From Deltaproteobacteria bacterium (GTDB lineage Bacteria; Myxococcota_A; Polyangia; Polyangiales; Houyiibacteriaceae): a stretch of 64,000 bases of DNA. Shown here piece after piece: positions 29,806 through 39,496 of this stretch (position 1 is its first letter; every line of letters begins with the position of its first letter). A model generated the notes under the pieces. The model was not told the DNA's origin. It saw only the letters and a program-made list of their open reading frames with translations, and made no database searches. The stretch is taken from the NCBI GenBank assembly GCA_034670305.1, contig JAXMNT010000030.1:29026-93025 (forward strand), written 5' to 3'. Both the position numbers and the translations under genes were made by a program.

Positions 29806-30777
29806 TCAGGCAGCTTCCTCGCCTTTCATCGCGAGGGTCTCTTCGGCGAGGTCGGAGAAGCTCATCGAACGAAGGCGGCGTTCGTCTTCTTCGGTGTAGA
29901 GCCGGTGAATCACGCGCGGGTCGACGCCCATGATGCGCACCACGAGCGGCCCGAAGAGGCGGCCGCCGATCGGGTGCACGAAGGTGTCTTGAAGAAACCG
30001 CAGGAACTTGTTGAACGGCTGGTCCTGCACTTCGTTCATCAGCCCGACGAGCTGGATGCGTCGGAACGCCTCGATCAATCGGGCGCCGGTCGGATCGACG
30101 CGGTCCATCGGCTCGAAGAACACCGCCTTGAGGAACGGCCGCGCGTGGAAGAGAAACTTGGAGAACGCGGCGGCGCCTTTGAGTCGATCTGCGAGCGGCG
30201 GCTCCGGTCGAGACGCGCGCCTGCGTTTGTACTCGGCCGACGCGTAGTACTCGACCATGTGGTGGTCGATCGCGATGTGCCGCGACTCGTCGCGGTTGAT
30301 GAGGTGCATCGCTTGGTGGCTCATCGCGTCGTCAACGTAGTCGTTGAGGGAACGAAGGAGCGCGATGTCGAGCAGGATCTCGCCGCTCGTGATGTAGACG
30401 TTCGCGATCTCGGGTGAGACGTGCTGCACGACGTCTTCGAACGCGGCCGCGAAGCGCACCAAACTCGGGTTCTTCTCGTAGCGCTGGTACCGGTGCACGT
30501 CGTAGTGGCGCGCGAGCCGCAGCGCGACCACCGCGTGCCGCTCCTCGTCGACCACGAACGACTCGAAGATCGCGCGCAGCGTCTCCGTCTCCGCGTTGTC
30601 CCGCTGCACCGCGAAGAGCCGACCGGCGATGCGCTCGATGCCCGCCATGTCGGTGAAGTACTGGCAGATCGCGATCTCATCGTCCCGCGACATCGGCTTC
30701 GGCGCGACGGTCCAATCGAGATCGTCCGCATGCCACTGATGCCGCCGACAACGATCCAACATGCGCTCGAGGTCCAT
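29806..30777 (-). CDS. Ferritin-like diiron protein (AurF/acyl-ACP desaturase-like)
   Basis: Two DExRH motifs (DEERH, DESRH) with preceding Glu ligands. Confidence 0.82.
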   Translation of the reverse strand: MDLERMLDRCRRHQWHADDLDWTVAPKPMSRDDEIAICQYFTDMAGIERIAGRLFAVQRDNAETETLRAIFESFVVDEERHAVVALRLARHYDVHRYQRYEKNPSLVRFAAAFEDVVQHVSPEIANVYITSGEILLDIALLRSLNDYVDDAMSHQAMHLINRDESRHIAIDHHMVEYYASAEYKRRRASRPEPPLADRLKGAAAFSKFLFHARPFLKAVFFEPMDRVDPTGARLIEAFRRIQLVGLMNEVQDQPFNKFLRFLQDTFVHPIGGRLFGPLVVRIMGVDPRVIHRLYTEEDERRLRSMSFSDLAEETLAMKGEEAA

Positions 30778-30873
30778 GGCTCCAAGGGTACACCCGGACG
30801 GTTTCCACCGCCCCTTGCCCCTTGCCGGTTGCCGGTGTCCGATGGAGGGCCAGGGTTCGACCGGCACCGGTGG

Positions 30874-30889
30874 CGGCACGGTACGTGCT
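30874..30889 (+). promoter_or_regulatory. Putative sigma54 promoter
   Basis: CGGCACGGTACGTGCT, GG-N10-GC; predicted +1 near 30900, next to ATG 30901. Confidence 0.45.
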
Positions 30890-30900
30890 CCATCGGCGGC

Positions 30901-32022
30901 ATGCGCTCGCTCGTGTTCGTCTCGCATTCCTTGCCTCCCGACCGCAGTTCGCTCGAGAACGTGGGGGGCATGCAACGCGTCGCGGACGAGCTGCTGCAGG
31001 CGCTGCGGGCGCGCCGAGACGTTCGGGTCCGGGAGATCGTGCTGCGGGTGCCTTGGCGCCACGCGCATCGAAGGGCGCTGGTCTTCTTGGCGTCGCTCGT
31101 GGTGCGTTTGCCACAGGTCGTGACGCACGGTGACACCGTGCTCTTCTCATCGGTGACCTCGGCGCTGCCGACGGCGGCCATCGGCCGGGCGCTCCGCAGG
31201 CGAGGCGCCACCCTCGCGACCATCGCGCACGGCCTCGACGTGACGCAGCCGCATCCAGTGCACCAAGCCGCGGTGCGTGCGGCGCTCGGCGCGATGGATC
31301 TGATCCTGCCGGTGAGCCGCGCCACCGAAGCGGAGGTCGCGCGCCGAACCGACACGCCGACCGAGGTCGTGCCGAACGGATTGAACCTCGATCGGTTCGA
31401 GCGTTCGGAACCCCCGACGACACGCGCTGTGTTTCGAGAAGAACGCAATGAGTGGGGCGACGATGCGTTCGTGCTGCTCTCGGTGGGTCGGCAGATCCCG
31501 CGCAAAGGGTTCGCGTGGTTCGCGGCCGAGGTGATGCCGAAGCTGCCGCCGAACGTGCATTGGTGTCTCGCCGGCGACGGTCCGGAGCGCGCACGGATCG
31601 AACACGCAGTGCGGCGCGCAGGCCTGCAGAACCGGGTGCACGTGCTCGGACTGACCTCGGAAGCGGCGCTGGCTCGGCTGCGGGCGCAAGCCGACCTCTT
31701 CGTCATGCCGAACCTGCCCATCGCGGGCGACATGGAGGGCTTTGGGATCGTGATGCTCGAAGCGGCGGCCTACGGGGTGCCCACGATCGCGGCCGACCTC
31801 GAAGGCATTCGCGACGTCGTGGACGAGACGACGGGGGTTCGGGTGCGGGCGGGCGACGCCGACGCGTTCGCCACCGCCATCCGGGATCTGTGTTCCGATC
31901 GCGCGCGACGGACCAAACTGGGAGAGGGCGCGCGGCAACGCGCGAGGGGACTCGGCTGGGACCACGTCGCGGAGCGCTACGTGACGGCGTTGACAGACGC
32001 GCGGGCGAAGCGGGGACGGTAG
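30901..32022 (+). CDS. GT4 family glycosyltransferase (PimB-like)
   Basis: GGMQR, HGLDV, VGRQIPRKG and EGFGIVMLEA motifs. Confidence 0.92.
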   Translation: MRSLVFVSHSLPPDRSSLENVGGMQRVADELLQALRARRDVRVREIVLRVPWRHAHRRALVFLASLVVRLPQVVTHGDTVLFSSVTSALPTAAIGRALRRRGATLATIAHGLDVTQPHPVHQAAVRAALGAMDLILPVSRATEAEVARRTDTPTEVVPNGLNLDRFERSEPPTTRAVFREERNEWGDDAFVLLSVGRQIPRKGFAWFAAEVMPKLPPNVHWCLAGDGPERARIEHAVRRAGLQNRVHVLGLTSEAALARLRAQADLFVMPNLPIAGDMEGFGIVMLEAAAYGVPTIAADLEGIRDVVDETTGVRVRAGDADAFATAIRDLCSDRARRTKLGEGARQRARGLGWDHVAERYVTALTDARAKRGR

Positions 32023-33512
32023 GGCCAAGCCGCCCACACGAGGGGCAGCAACCCGAACGCGAAAACCAGCGCATGGGTCCAAAGGGACATGTTGTGGAAA
32101 CGTTGGTTCACCGCAGAGAGCCCCAGGAGCCACGCGACCGCGAGACCCACCGCCGACATCGCACGCGCGACTTCGCGGTCGTAGGGTCGCCCACCGAGGT
32201 GCCGGGTCGCGAGCGCGACCAAGATGCCGACCTGGACCAGGCTCCCGACCCCGGACGCGAGGGCGGCACCGAGCACGCCGAACACGGGCGTCCACCACAC
32301 GAGCAGCACCGCCTGTACGCCCAGCGCCCAGCACGAGGCGCGCACCGTGCTCCACGCCTGGCCGAGCGCCACCAGCACCGGGCCGGCGAGCGAACCGGCC
32401 GAGGCCACCACGGCGCACGCACTCATCGCCCGCACCGCGTCCACGCCCGCGCCGAAGTCCGCCCCGAAGAGGGGCAAGAGCCACTCGGCGAAGACCACGA
32501 AGAAGAGCGCGACCGGCGCGACGAAGAGGAGCACGAGGGTGGTCGCGTGCGAGAAGCCGGCGCGGATCGCGCGCGTCGACGGAGCCTGTGCGCGGTCCCG
32601 GCCCGCGACCACCGCGACGACGATCGGATCGAACCCCACGCGGATCGAGTGGAGTGTGTTCGCGAACTGTTTGGCGATCTCGTACACACCGACCACCGCG
32701 GGACCGGCGACAAACGCCAAGAGCAGGGTGTCGCTTCGTTTGAGCACCGTCGCGAGGAGCTCGCCGAAACCGATGGGCACCGCGTACCGGCGGAACGCAT
32801 CGGGAACCGCGCCGCGCTCGAGTCGCAGATCGAGCTGGTGGGCGCGAAACACCTTCCGACACCCAACGACCGCGACGGTGCAGCCCAGCCCAACGGAGAG
32901 CACGTGGGCGGCCGCGAGCGCCTCGATCGAGTGCGCGGACCCCAGCGCGTGAAACAGGATCAGCGACAGCGGCAAGAACGAGAGTGGCACGACGATCTCT
33001 CGCACCGCGACCTGCAGCCCGAGGCGCTTGAGACCGATGGTCGCGAAGAGCGCGAGTTCCGTCATCGCCATCAGCGGCAGAGCACACGCCAGCGAGAGGA
33101 ACAGAGGCGTCGCCTCCGGGGCATGCCAATGCTCGGCTGCGAACGGTGCTGCGAAGGCGAGCACTGCCGCGGCGCCGAACGATCGGCCGAGCACCCGCTT
33201 GGCGATCGCCCACAGGCCAGTCACCCCGGCGCCTTCGGCACGGCGGCCCACCCACCAGGGCAGCGCACGGTCGTCTCCCCAAAGCGAGAGCCGCAGTCCG
33301 ATCCACGCGACCCCGACACCGGCCGCGTACAGGCCCCAGGTGCGCGCGCCGAAACTGCGAGTGGCGAACGCGAGCAACACTGGGTGAATCCATCGGACCA
33401 CATGTCCGGCGAGTGACGCCGCTGCCCCGCGGGTGAGATCCCGACGATCTCCTGCGGTTTCTACGTCTTCGGCGCGCGAAGCGGCTCGGTCCGGGCTTTG
33501 CAATGGAGTCAC
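31977..33512 (-). CDS. MOP-superfamily oligosaccharide flippase
   Basis: About 12-14 TM helices; DTLLLAFVAGPAVVGVY motif; start uncertain. Confidence 0.82.
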   Translation of the reverse strand: MTPLQSPDRAASRAEDVETAGDRRDLTRGAAASLAGHVVRWIHPVLLAFATRSFGARTWGLYAAGVGVAWIGLRLSLWGDDRALPWWVGRRAEGAGVTGLWAIAKRVLGRSFGAAAVLAFAAPFAAEHWHAPEATPLFLSLACALPLMAMTELALFATIGLKRLGLQVAVREIVVPLSFLPLSLILFHALGSAHSIEALAAAHVLSVGLGCTVAVVGCRKVFRAHQLDLRLERGAVPDAFRRYAVPIGFGELLATVLKRSDTLLLAFVAGPAVVGVYEIAKQFANTLHSIRVGFDPIVVAVVAGRDRAQAPSTRAIRAGFSHATTLVLLFVAPVALFFVVFAEWLLPLFGADFGAGVDAVRAMSACAVVASAGSLAGPVLVALGQAWSTVRASCWALGVQAVLLVWWTPVFGVLGAALASGVGSLVQVGILVALATRHLGGRPYDREVARAMSAVGLAVAWLLGLSAVNQRFHNMSLWTHALVFAFGLLPLVWAAWPYRPRFARASVNAVT

Positions 33513-33535
33513 TGCTGTGAAGCACAGCAACCTCC

Positions 33536-36085
33536 ATGCCCACCCCTGAACCCCACGCACACCCCTTGGAGCGGTGCCTTCTGCGTCTGGCCGAAGTCAC
33601 CACGCGGTGGCCGAAGGTCGTTCTGTCGATTGGACTGGTCGGGCTCGTGGCCGGCGGCGTGGCCAGCACCCGACTCGAGCTGGACGCGCGGCTGGAAGCG
33701 CTCTTGCCCACCGACACCCGCGCGGCGCACGCGATCGAGACCTACCGGACCCGGGTCTCCGCCGGTGCGCCGCTGCAGGTGCTGGTCGAAGGACCGCGGG
33801 CCGAAGTCGTCAGCGACGCGGTGCGGGATGCGCTCGCGGAGTGGCCCGACGTGGCGTGGGCACTCAACCGGCGCGAGACCTCGTCGCTCTACGAACGTCG
33901 CCTCCTGCTCCTCGGGGAATCCCGGATCGAGCAGCTCGCGGACGACCTCGAACAGAACGTCGAGCACGCGGAGTGTGAGTCGATGCCGGGGTGCGTGGCG
34001 TTCGAGGAGCCACCCGAGCTGCCCACCCGCGAAGCGCTCACCGACGAAGCCCGGTCTCTGCCGCTCCTGCGACGCCTGTCGCCGTTCGTCGGTTCATCGG
34101 AGGGAACGGAGGGAACGGAGCGGTCGACGTCCGCCGAGCTCGATCCGCGGCTGTGCAACGACTCGGTGCCGCGGGTGTGTTTGGTGCAGGCCGGACTGGA
34201 AGGCGACCCCGGCGACCTCGCGTTCGCGGCCGAGGTCGGCACGCGCGTCGACGCACTCGCCGAGCGATGGGGGGGCGGCGAGACCCGCATCGAACTCGCT
34301 GGCCGCTACCGCACGCTTCCCCAGATCCGCGCCATCGCCGCCCGTGATCTTCGCCGAACCGGCGCGCTCGGCGCCCTGCTCGTCCTCGCGATCGTGGCGT
34401 TCGCATTTCGCCGCCGAGGCCGGACCGGAGGGCTCGGTGGATGGCGCGCGCTCTTCCTGGTCGGGACGCCGCTCGCCATCGGGATGGGCGCCACGCTCTG
34501 CCTGTTGGCGTGGCTCCATCCGGTGCTGAACCTGATCGGCGCGTTCACGTTCGCCATCTTGGGCGGCGTCGGCATCGACTTCGGGCTGCACCTCGCGTCC
34601 CGACTGCGCGGCGCGCTGGCAGAAGGACTCGCGGTGGGTCCGGCGGTGCAGCGAACGCTCACCGACATCGGCCGCTCGCTCTTGGTCGCAGCGTTCACCA
34701 CGAGTCTCGCGTTCGGCGCGCTCGCGGTCGCGGACTTTCGGGGGTTCGCGGAGATGGGGGTGTTGGCCGGGGCGGGGGTGCTCTTGTCCGCGGTCTCCTT
34801 TCTCATCTTCTTCGCACCGGCGGCGGTCCTCGTCGCCCAGCCTTCGACGGCGACCACGAACGCGCAGGTCCCGCGGTCCACGCCAGCCCTACCGACGGCG
34901 AGCCGGTCCGTCGCGTGGCGCGTCGTCCTCGCCGGGTGCGTGCTGGCCGTGGTCGGTGGGTGGGTCGGACGCGGGGTCTCGTTCGAGTACGACTTCCGGC
35001 GGCTGCGACCGACGGGGGTGAGCAACTCGATCTCCGCGGACGGCACGCAGTCGGGCACGCGCGGCACCCCGGTGGTCGTGCTCGCGGACTCGGCCGAATC
35101 GCTGGCGACACTCGACCTCGAGTCGTCCGGGCCACGCTCGGCATTCGGCGTCGCACCAGACGAGGTGGCGGTGCTCGCTCCGACCGATCTCGGCGCGCTG
35201 CTCGACCCGAGCGAGGCCACGTTGGCGGCGCTCGGCCGGATGGGCCGGGCGCTCGATCGAGCGCGCGACCATGTCGATGCCGAAGTGTTCTCCGAGCTGC
35301 GCCCCCTGGCGTCCGTCGGCTCGCTCGAACCGGAAACCTTGCCCACGTGGCTGCGGGCCGCTTGGCTCGAACGCGACGGGACCATGGGGCGCATGGCGCT
35401 GATCTACGTGCCGCTCCGCGGCTCCGATGCACGGGCGATGGAACGGCTGCATGGACAGATCGAGACCTGGCGCGATGCGCACCCGGACCTCGTGTTCGCG
35501 TGTCCAGAAGCCACCCTTGGAGAGATCGTGCCGGGGCTGCGACGCGACGCGCCGCGCATGATGGGGCTGGCGCTCCTCGGACTGTTGCTCGCCACCATGG
35601 GCATCGGACGGAGTCTGCGGCGCACGCTGCTGGTGGTCGCGCCGGTGCTCTTGACGATGGCGGTGTCCGCCGGCGTGCTCGCGTGGCTCGACGTTCGACT
35701 CAACCTCTACGACGTCTTGGTGCTGCCCGTGGCGTTCGGCGTATTGATCGACGGCGCGGTCTACCTCGCATGGGCCGAGGACGACGCGGCGCGACGACAC
35801 GCCGCGGGGGCGGTGTGCACGTCGACGCTCACCACGCTGAGTGCGTTCGGCGCGCTCGCGGTCGCCGACAACCCGGGCATCGCCTCGATCGCACACGTGG
35901 CGATGGTGGTGTTCACGGTGGGATTGTTCGCCAACCTGCTTTGGTTGCCGCACCTGCTCCGACTCGTGAACCGAGCCGCCCACGATCAGGGCGCAGCAGT
36001 GTCCCCAGACACCGACACCTGTGGTGCGACACTCACGCATCCGGACGCGGCATCTCCAAAACCCACGGGTGCGATGCGCGTTTGA
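33536..36085 (+). CDS. MMPL/RND family lipid transporter
   Basis: Duplicated TM + periplasmic halves; GVGIDFGLH and GVLIDGAVY motifs. Confidence 0.88.
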   Translation: MPTPEPHAHPLERCLLRLAEVTTRWPKVVLSIGLVGLVAGGVASTRLELDARLEALLPTDTRAAHAIETYRTRVSAGAPLQVLVEGPRAEVVSDAVRDALAEWPDVAWALNRRETSSLYERRLLLLGESRIEQLADDLEQNVEHAECESMPGCVAFEEPPELPTREALTDEARSLPLLRRLSPFVGSSEGTEGTERSTSAELDPRLCNDSVPRVCLVQAGLEGDPGDLAFAAEVGTRVDALAERWGGGETRIELAGRYRTLPQIRAIAARDLRRTGALGALLVLAIVAFAFRRRGRTGGLGGWRALFLVGTPLAIGMGATLCLLAWLHPVLNLIGAFTFAILGGVGIDFGLHLASRLRGALAEGLAVGPAVQRTLTDIGRSLLVAAFTTSLAFGALAVADFRGFAEMGVLAGAGVLLSAVSFLIFFAPAAVLVAQPSTATTNAQVPRSTPALPTASRSVAWRVVLAGCVLAVVGGWVGRGVSFEYDFRRLRPTGVSNSISADGTQSGTRGTPVVVLADSAESLATLDLESSGPRSAFGVAPDEVAVLAPTDLGALLDPSEATLAALGRMGRALDRARDHVDAEVFSELRPLASVGSLEPETLPTWLRAAWLERDGTMGRMALIYVPLRGSDARAMERLHGQIETWRDAHPDLVFACPEATLGEIVPGLRRDAPRMMGLALLGLLLATMGIGRSLRRTLLVVAPVLLTMAVSAGVLAWLDVRLNLYDVLVLPVAFGVLIDGAVYLAWAEDDAARRHAAGAVCTSTLTTLSAFGALAVADNPGIASIAHVAMVVFTVGLFANLLWLPHLLRLVNRAAHDQGAAVSPDTDTCGATLTHPDAASPKPTGAMRV

Positions 36086-36086
36086 T

Positions 36087-36102
36087 TGGCACCGAAGCTG
36101 CA
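36087..36102 (+). promoter_or_regulatory. Putative sigma54 promoter
   Basis: TGGCACCGAAGCTGCA, GG-N10-GC; predicted +1 near 36113, next to ATG 36115. Confidence 0.55.
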
Positions 36103-36114
36103 ATGCCATTCGGC

Positions 36115-37545
36115 ATGACACACGCCCACTCGGACCTCCGCCGCATCGGACTCTTGAACGACTTCGTACGCGTTGGACACGCCAACGGCTCGTCGTTCGC
36201 CTCTCAGTTCCTCTACCGTGAACTGGAAGCGCGTGGCCGCGAAGTGACGGTCGTCGGTCCGCGCGACCCACGGGCCGCACCGCACGAGTTGCCGCACCGC
36301 CACCTGCTCCTCGAGTCGATGCCGCTGCGCATGCACCCCGGCGTGCATCTCGCGATGCCCACCTTCGGTGGACTGCGCCGCGTGGCGCGGGCGCGTTTCG
36401 ACCTCGTGCTCGGCCAGACCAGCAACGCGCTGATGGACGTTGGCGTCTGGCTGCGCGCAGCGCACGGCGTACCGCTGGTGATGGTCAACACCGTGCACCT
36501 TCCGAGCGTCTACAACGCGCTTCTCTCCGAACGCCTCGACCGCATCGACGCCGTCCACGCGGCGTTCGCCGAACACTTGGTGCCGTTCGCGGAACGCCAG
36601 ACCGTGGACGCCTACAACCGTGGGGACGGTCTGGTGGTGCTCAGCCCCGGACTCAAACGGTACTGGCGCGAGCGGGGGGTTCGGGTGCCGGTGCACGTGA
36701 TCGGTCGCGCGGTCGAACCGAAGATCTTCGACGCGGTGCCGGGTGCCGATCCGTTCCTGACCCTGTCGCACGTCAGCGACACGTTCCGGTCGAAGGTTCG
36801 AACGAGAGGCTCGAGGTCCCTGGTCGTCTGCCGCCTGGTGCGCGAGAAGGGCATCGCGCGCCTGCTCCGCATCTTCGCGCGGCGCATCGCACCTGCCCGG
36901 CCGGAGGCGACGCTCACCCTGGTGGGCGATGGACCCGACCGGGAGAGCTTCGAGTCTCTGGCGCGCGCACTCGGCATCGCCGAGCGGGTTTGTTTCGCGG
37001 GTGCACGGCCACTGCACGAGATGCCGACCTGGTACGCGCACGCCGATCTCTTCCTCTACACATCGTTGAGCGAGACCTACGGCCAGGTCGTCACCGAAGC
37101 CCTCTGGTGCGGGCTGCCGGTGGTCGCGTTCGCGGATGGCATGGGCGTCAGTGGACAGATCGCGGACGGTGTCGACGGCGCGCTCGTCGAGCCCGGTCCC
37201 GATGCCGACCAGGCGGACCATGCGTTCGCCCATGCGGCGCTGCGGTTGCTCTCCAACCGAGACCTGCGACGCCGCTGGGCGCAGTCGGCCCGAACGAACG
37301 CGCGGAGGCGGGCCGACCCACAGGCATGCGTCTGCCGATACCTGGAGACCTTCGAGGTGGCGCGGCGCCATCGGTTGTCCGGTGACGCGTCGCCCAGCCT
37401 GAGCCGCGAGCTCGGTCTGCTCGGTCGGTGGGCGGGCGTTCACACCCTCGCGGCCACCCTCGGGTTGATGCGCAAACCGGATCGCACGGTGTCGATTCCG
37501 AGCGCCGCCACCTGGGCGCTCGACGGCGCGGAGCAAGCGGCGTGA
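36115..37545 (+). CDS. GT4 family glycosyltransferase (diacylglycerol glycosyltransferase-like)
   Basis: NGSS, CRLVREKG, VGDGP and SETYGQVVTEALWCGLPVV motifs; alternative start ATG 36103. Confidence 0.9.
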   Translation: MTHAHSDLRRIGLLNDFVRVGHANGSSFASQFLYRELEARGREVTVVGPRDPRAAPHELPHRHLLLESMPLRMHPGVHLAMPTFGGLRRVARARFDLVLGQTSNALMDVGVWLRAAHGVPLVMVNTVHLPSVYNALLSERLDRIDAVHAAFAEHLVPFAERQTVDAYNRGDGLVVLSPGLKRYWRERGVRVPVHVIGRAVEPKIFDAVPGADPFLTLSHVSDTFRSKVRTRGSRSLVVCRLVREKGIARLLRIFARRIAPARPEATLTLVGDGPDRESFESLARALGIAERVCFAGARPLHEMPTWYAHADLFLYTSLSETYGQVVTEALWCGLPVVAFADGMGVSGQIADGVDGALVEPGPDADQADHAFAHAALRLLSNRDLRRRWAQSARTNARRRADPQACVCRYLETFEVARRHRLSGDASPSLSRELGLLGRWAGVHTLAATLGLMRKPDRTVSIPSAATWALDGAEQAA

Positions 37546-38735
37546 CCGTCGTGGCCTACTTCGTTCACGGCCGCGGCCGGGGCCACGCGGCGCGGGCGCG
37601 TTCGATCGTGCCGCACCTTCGCGCGAACGGGTTCGACGTCCGCGTCTTCGGTGGTGGGCGCGCGCAAGAGACGCTGGAGACGAGCCCGCGGTTCACCCCG
37701 GTGCGCACCGTGATGCCGGGTTCCCCGGTGCGGGTGGGCCGCGATCTGGCCGCGCGGCTGCCCCGCGACATTCGCCGACTCCGAGAACACGAAGCGCAGA
37801 TCGTGGTGACGGATGGAGACATGCCCTCCGCGCTGGCCGCCCATCTGGTCGGGATCCCCCTGGTCGCGGTTGGGCACGGGTTGCTCTTTCGACACTGCAA
37901 GGTGCCGGCGTCGCTCCCTCGGCTCCCGGTGCTGCGCGAAGCGCTCAATGCCTGGAGTGGATCCATCGGGGCACGGCGCAAGGTGGTCGTTCACTTTGCG
38001 CCGCTGGTGCCCCGAGGGGCACGGATCCGGGTCGCGCGGCCCGATGGGCTGGACGCGCTGACGGAGGGTCCGGTCCAGGACGACGGCTTCGTGCTCGCTT
38101 ACTTCCGCGACAACGACGGCCACGACATTCTCGAGCGCGTGGTGCGCAGCGGCCGACGGGTCCTGTGTTTCGGACAGCCGCAGGGTTTCGGACAGCCGCA
38201 GGGTTTCGGACAGCCGCAGGGTTTGGGACAGCCGCAGGGTTTCGGACAGCAGCAGGGTTTCGGACAGCAGGGTTTCGGACAGCCGCAGGGTTTCGGACAG
38301 CAGCAGGGTTTCGGAGAACCCGTACGGTCACGAGGGGTCGAGTACCACGCGCCGGAGGTCGACGCGTTCCGTCAGGCGCTGCGTCGGTGTTCGGCGGTCG
38401 TGGGGAGCGCGGGCAGCAACTTGATCAGCGAATGCCTGGCCGCACGCAAACCGCTGCTCGCCGTGCACGCGCCGCGCGACGTGGAGCAGCGACTCAACGC
38501 CAACATGGTGGAGGACGCGGGGATCGGCATTGGATGCAACCGCGAGGACGTGACGGATGCGGTCATTGCACAACTGCTGTCGGGCGGCCCCCCACGGACA
38601 GACGCCCGGGATGCGATGATGGACCTCGCCCCAGCCTCCGAAGCGGTCCGGGGCGCGATCGATGCCGCGCTCATCGAAGCGATGCACCGCCGGGCGAGGT
38701 TTCGGGCCATGCTTCCTCTCCGGGGCCGCGGGTGA
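37542..38735 (+). CDS. GT-B glycosyltransferase (MJ1255/GT28-like) with internal FGQPQG repeats
   Basis: HGRGRGHAAR, VTDGD, AGSNLISE and EQRLNA motifs; GTGA overlap with the upstream GT. Confidence 0.85.
   Translation: MTVVAYFVHGRGRGHAARARSIVPHLRANGFDVRVFGGGRAQETLETSPRFTPVRTVMPGSPVRVGRDLAARLPRDIRRLREHEAQIVVTDGDMPSALAAHLVGIPLVAVGHGLLFRHCKVPASLPRLPVLREALNAWSGSIGARRKVVVHFAPLVPRGARIRVARPDGLDALTEGPVQDDGFVLAYFRDNDGHDILERVVRSGRRVLCFGQPQGFGQPQGFGQPQGLGQPQGFGQQQGFGQQGFGQPQGFGQQQGFGEPVRSRGVEYHAPEVDAFRQALRRCSAVVGSAGSNLISECLAARKPLLAVHAPRDVEQRLNANMVEDAGIGIGCNREDVTDAVIAQLLSGGPPRTDARDAMMDLAPASEAVRGAIDAALIEAMHRRARFRAMLPLRGRG
38169..38321 (+). repeat. In-frame 18-bp VNTR encoding (FGQPQG) x about 8
   Basis: TTCGGACAGCCGCAGGGT units with variants. 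Confidence 0.92.
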
Positions 38736-38845
38736 ATGCACTCCGAGTGCGGGAACCGACCTGAGCAGCCGGAGGTGGTGGGGATTGATCGAGGGAACCA
38801 AGCGACAGTTACCAATCGAACCATCTGCTGTTAGATCGGAGATGC

Positions 38846-39481
38846 GTGAAGCTCCTGATCGTCGATGATGTGAAGCCCACTGGGCAGGCGTTTGCGCGAC
38901 TGGCTCGAGGCCTCGGCTGGTCGGTCTCCTGCGTGACTCGGGTCAAGACCGCGCGGCGGGAGCGCGGATTCGATGCGGCAATTGTGGACGTGAACGTGCA
39001 GGGTGAATCGGGCCTCGAACTGCTCGCACACCTGCGGTCCAAAGAGCCACGCGCGGCCTACCTCGTGCTGACGGGGGATCCGCGCGTTTCGATCGCCGCA
39101 CACGCGGCGCAACTCGGCGCGACCTACCTGCGCAAGCCGATCGGCGCACGAACCCTCAGGTTGTGGTTGATGGAAGTCGAGGCCGGCGGTGGGCGCGGCG
39201 TGCAGGAACGCGCGCTCGGTCTCGACGAGATGGAGACGTGGCAGAAACAGCACTTCGAGCAGTTGTTGTTGGAGTTCGGCGCCACGCACGGACTCTCCGA
39301 GCGACACATCGACATCATCCGGCTCACCGCACATGGATTGAACCGCAGCGAGATCGCGGAGAAGCTCGACATCACGTTGGCGACCTACCAGAAACACGTA
39401 GGCCGGTTGCAGAAACGCTCCCACACCAAGCTCCAGCGCATCGTTTCCGAGCTGACCTCGCCTCATCTTCTCGACGAGTGA
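38846..39481 (+). CDS. Response regulator, REC + LuxR-like HTH
   Basis: LLIVDD, AIVDVN, LTG and KP receiver motifs; C-terminal LSERH...GLNRSEIAEKLDIT. Confidence 0.88.
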   Translation: MKLLIVDDVKPTGQAFARLARGLGWSVSCVTRVKTARRERGFDAAIVDVNVQGESGLELLAHLRSKEPRAAYLVLTGDPRVSIAAHAAQLGATYLRKPIGARTLRLWLMEVEAGGGRGVQERALGLDEMETWQKQHFEQLLLEFGATHGLSERHIDIIRLTAHGLNRSEIAEKLDITLATYQKHVGRLQKRSHTKLQRIVSELTSPHLLDE

Positions 39482-39496
39482 CCGACCGGCGGGTGA

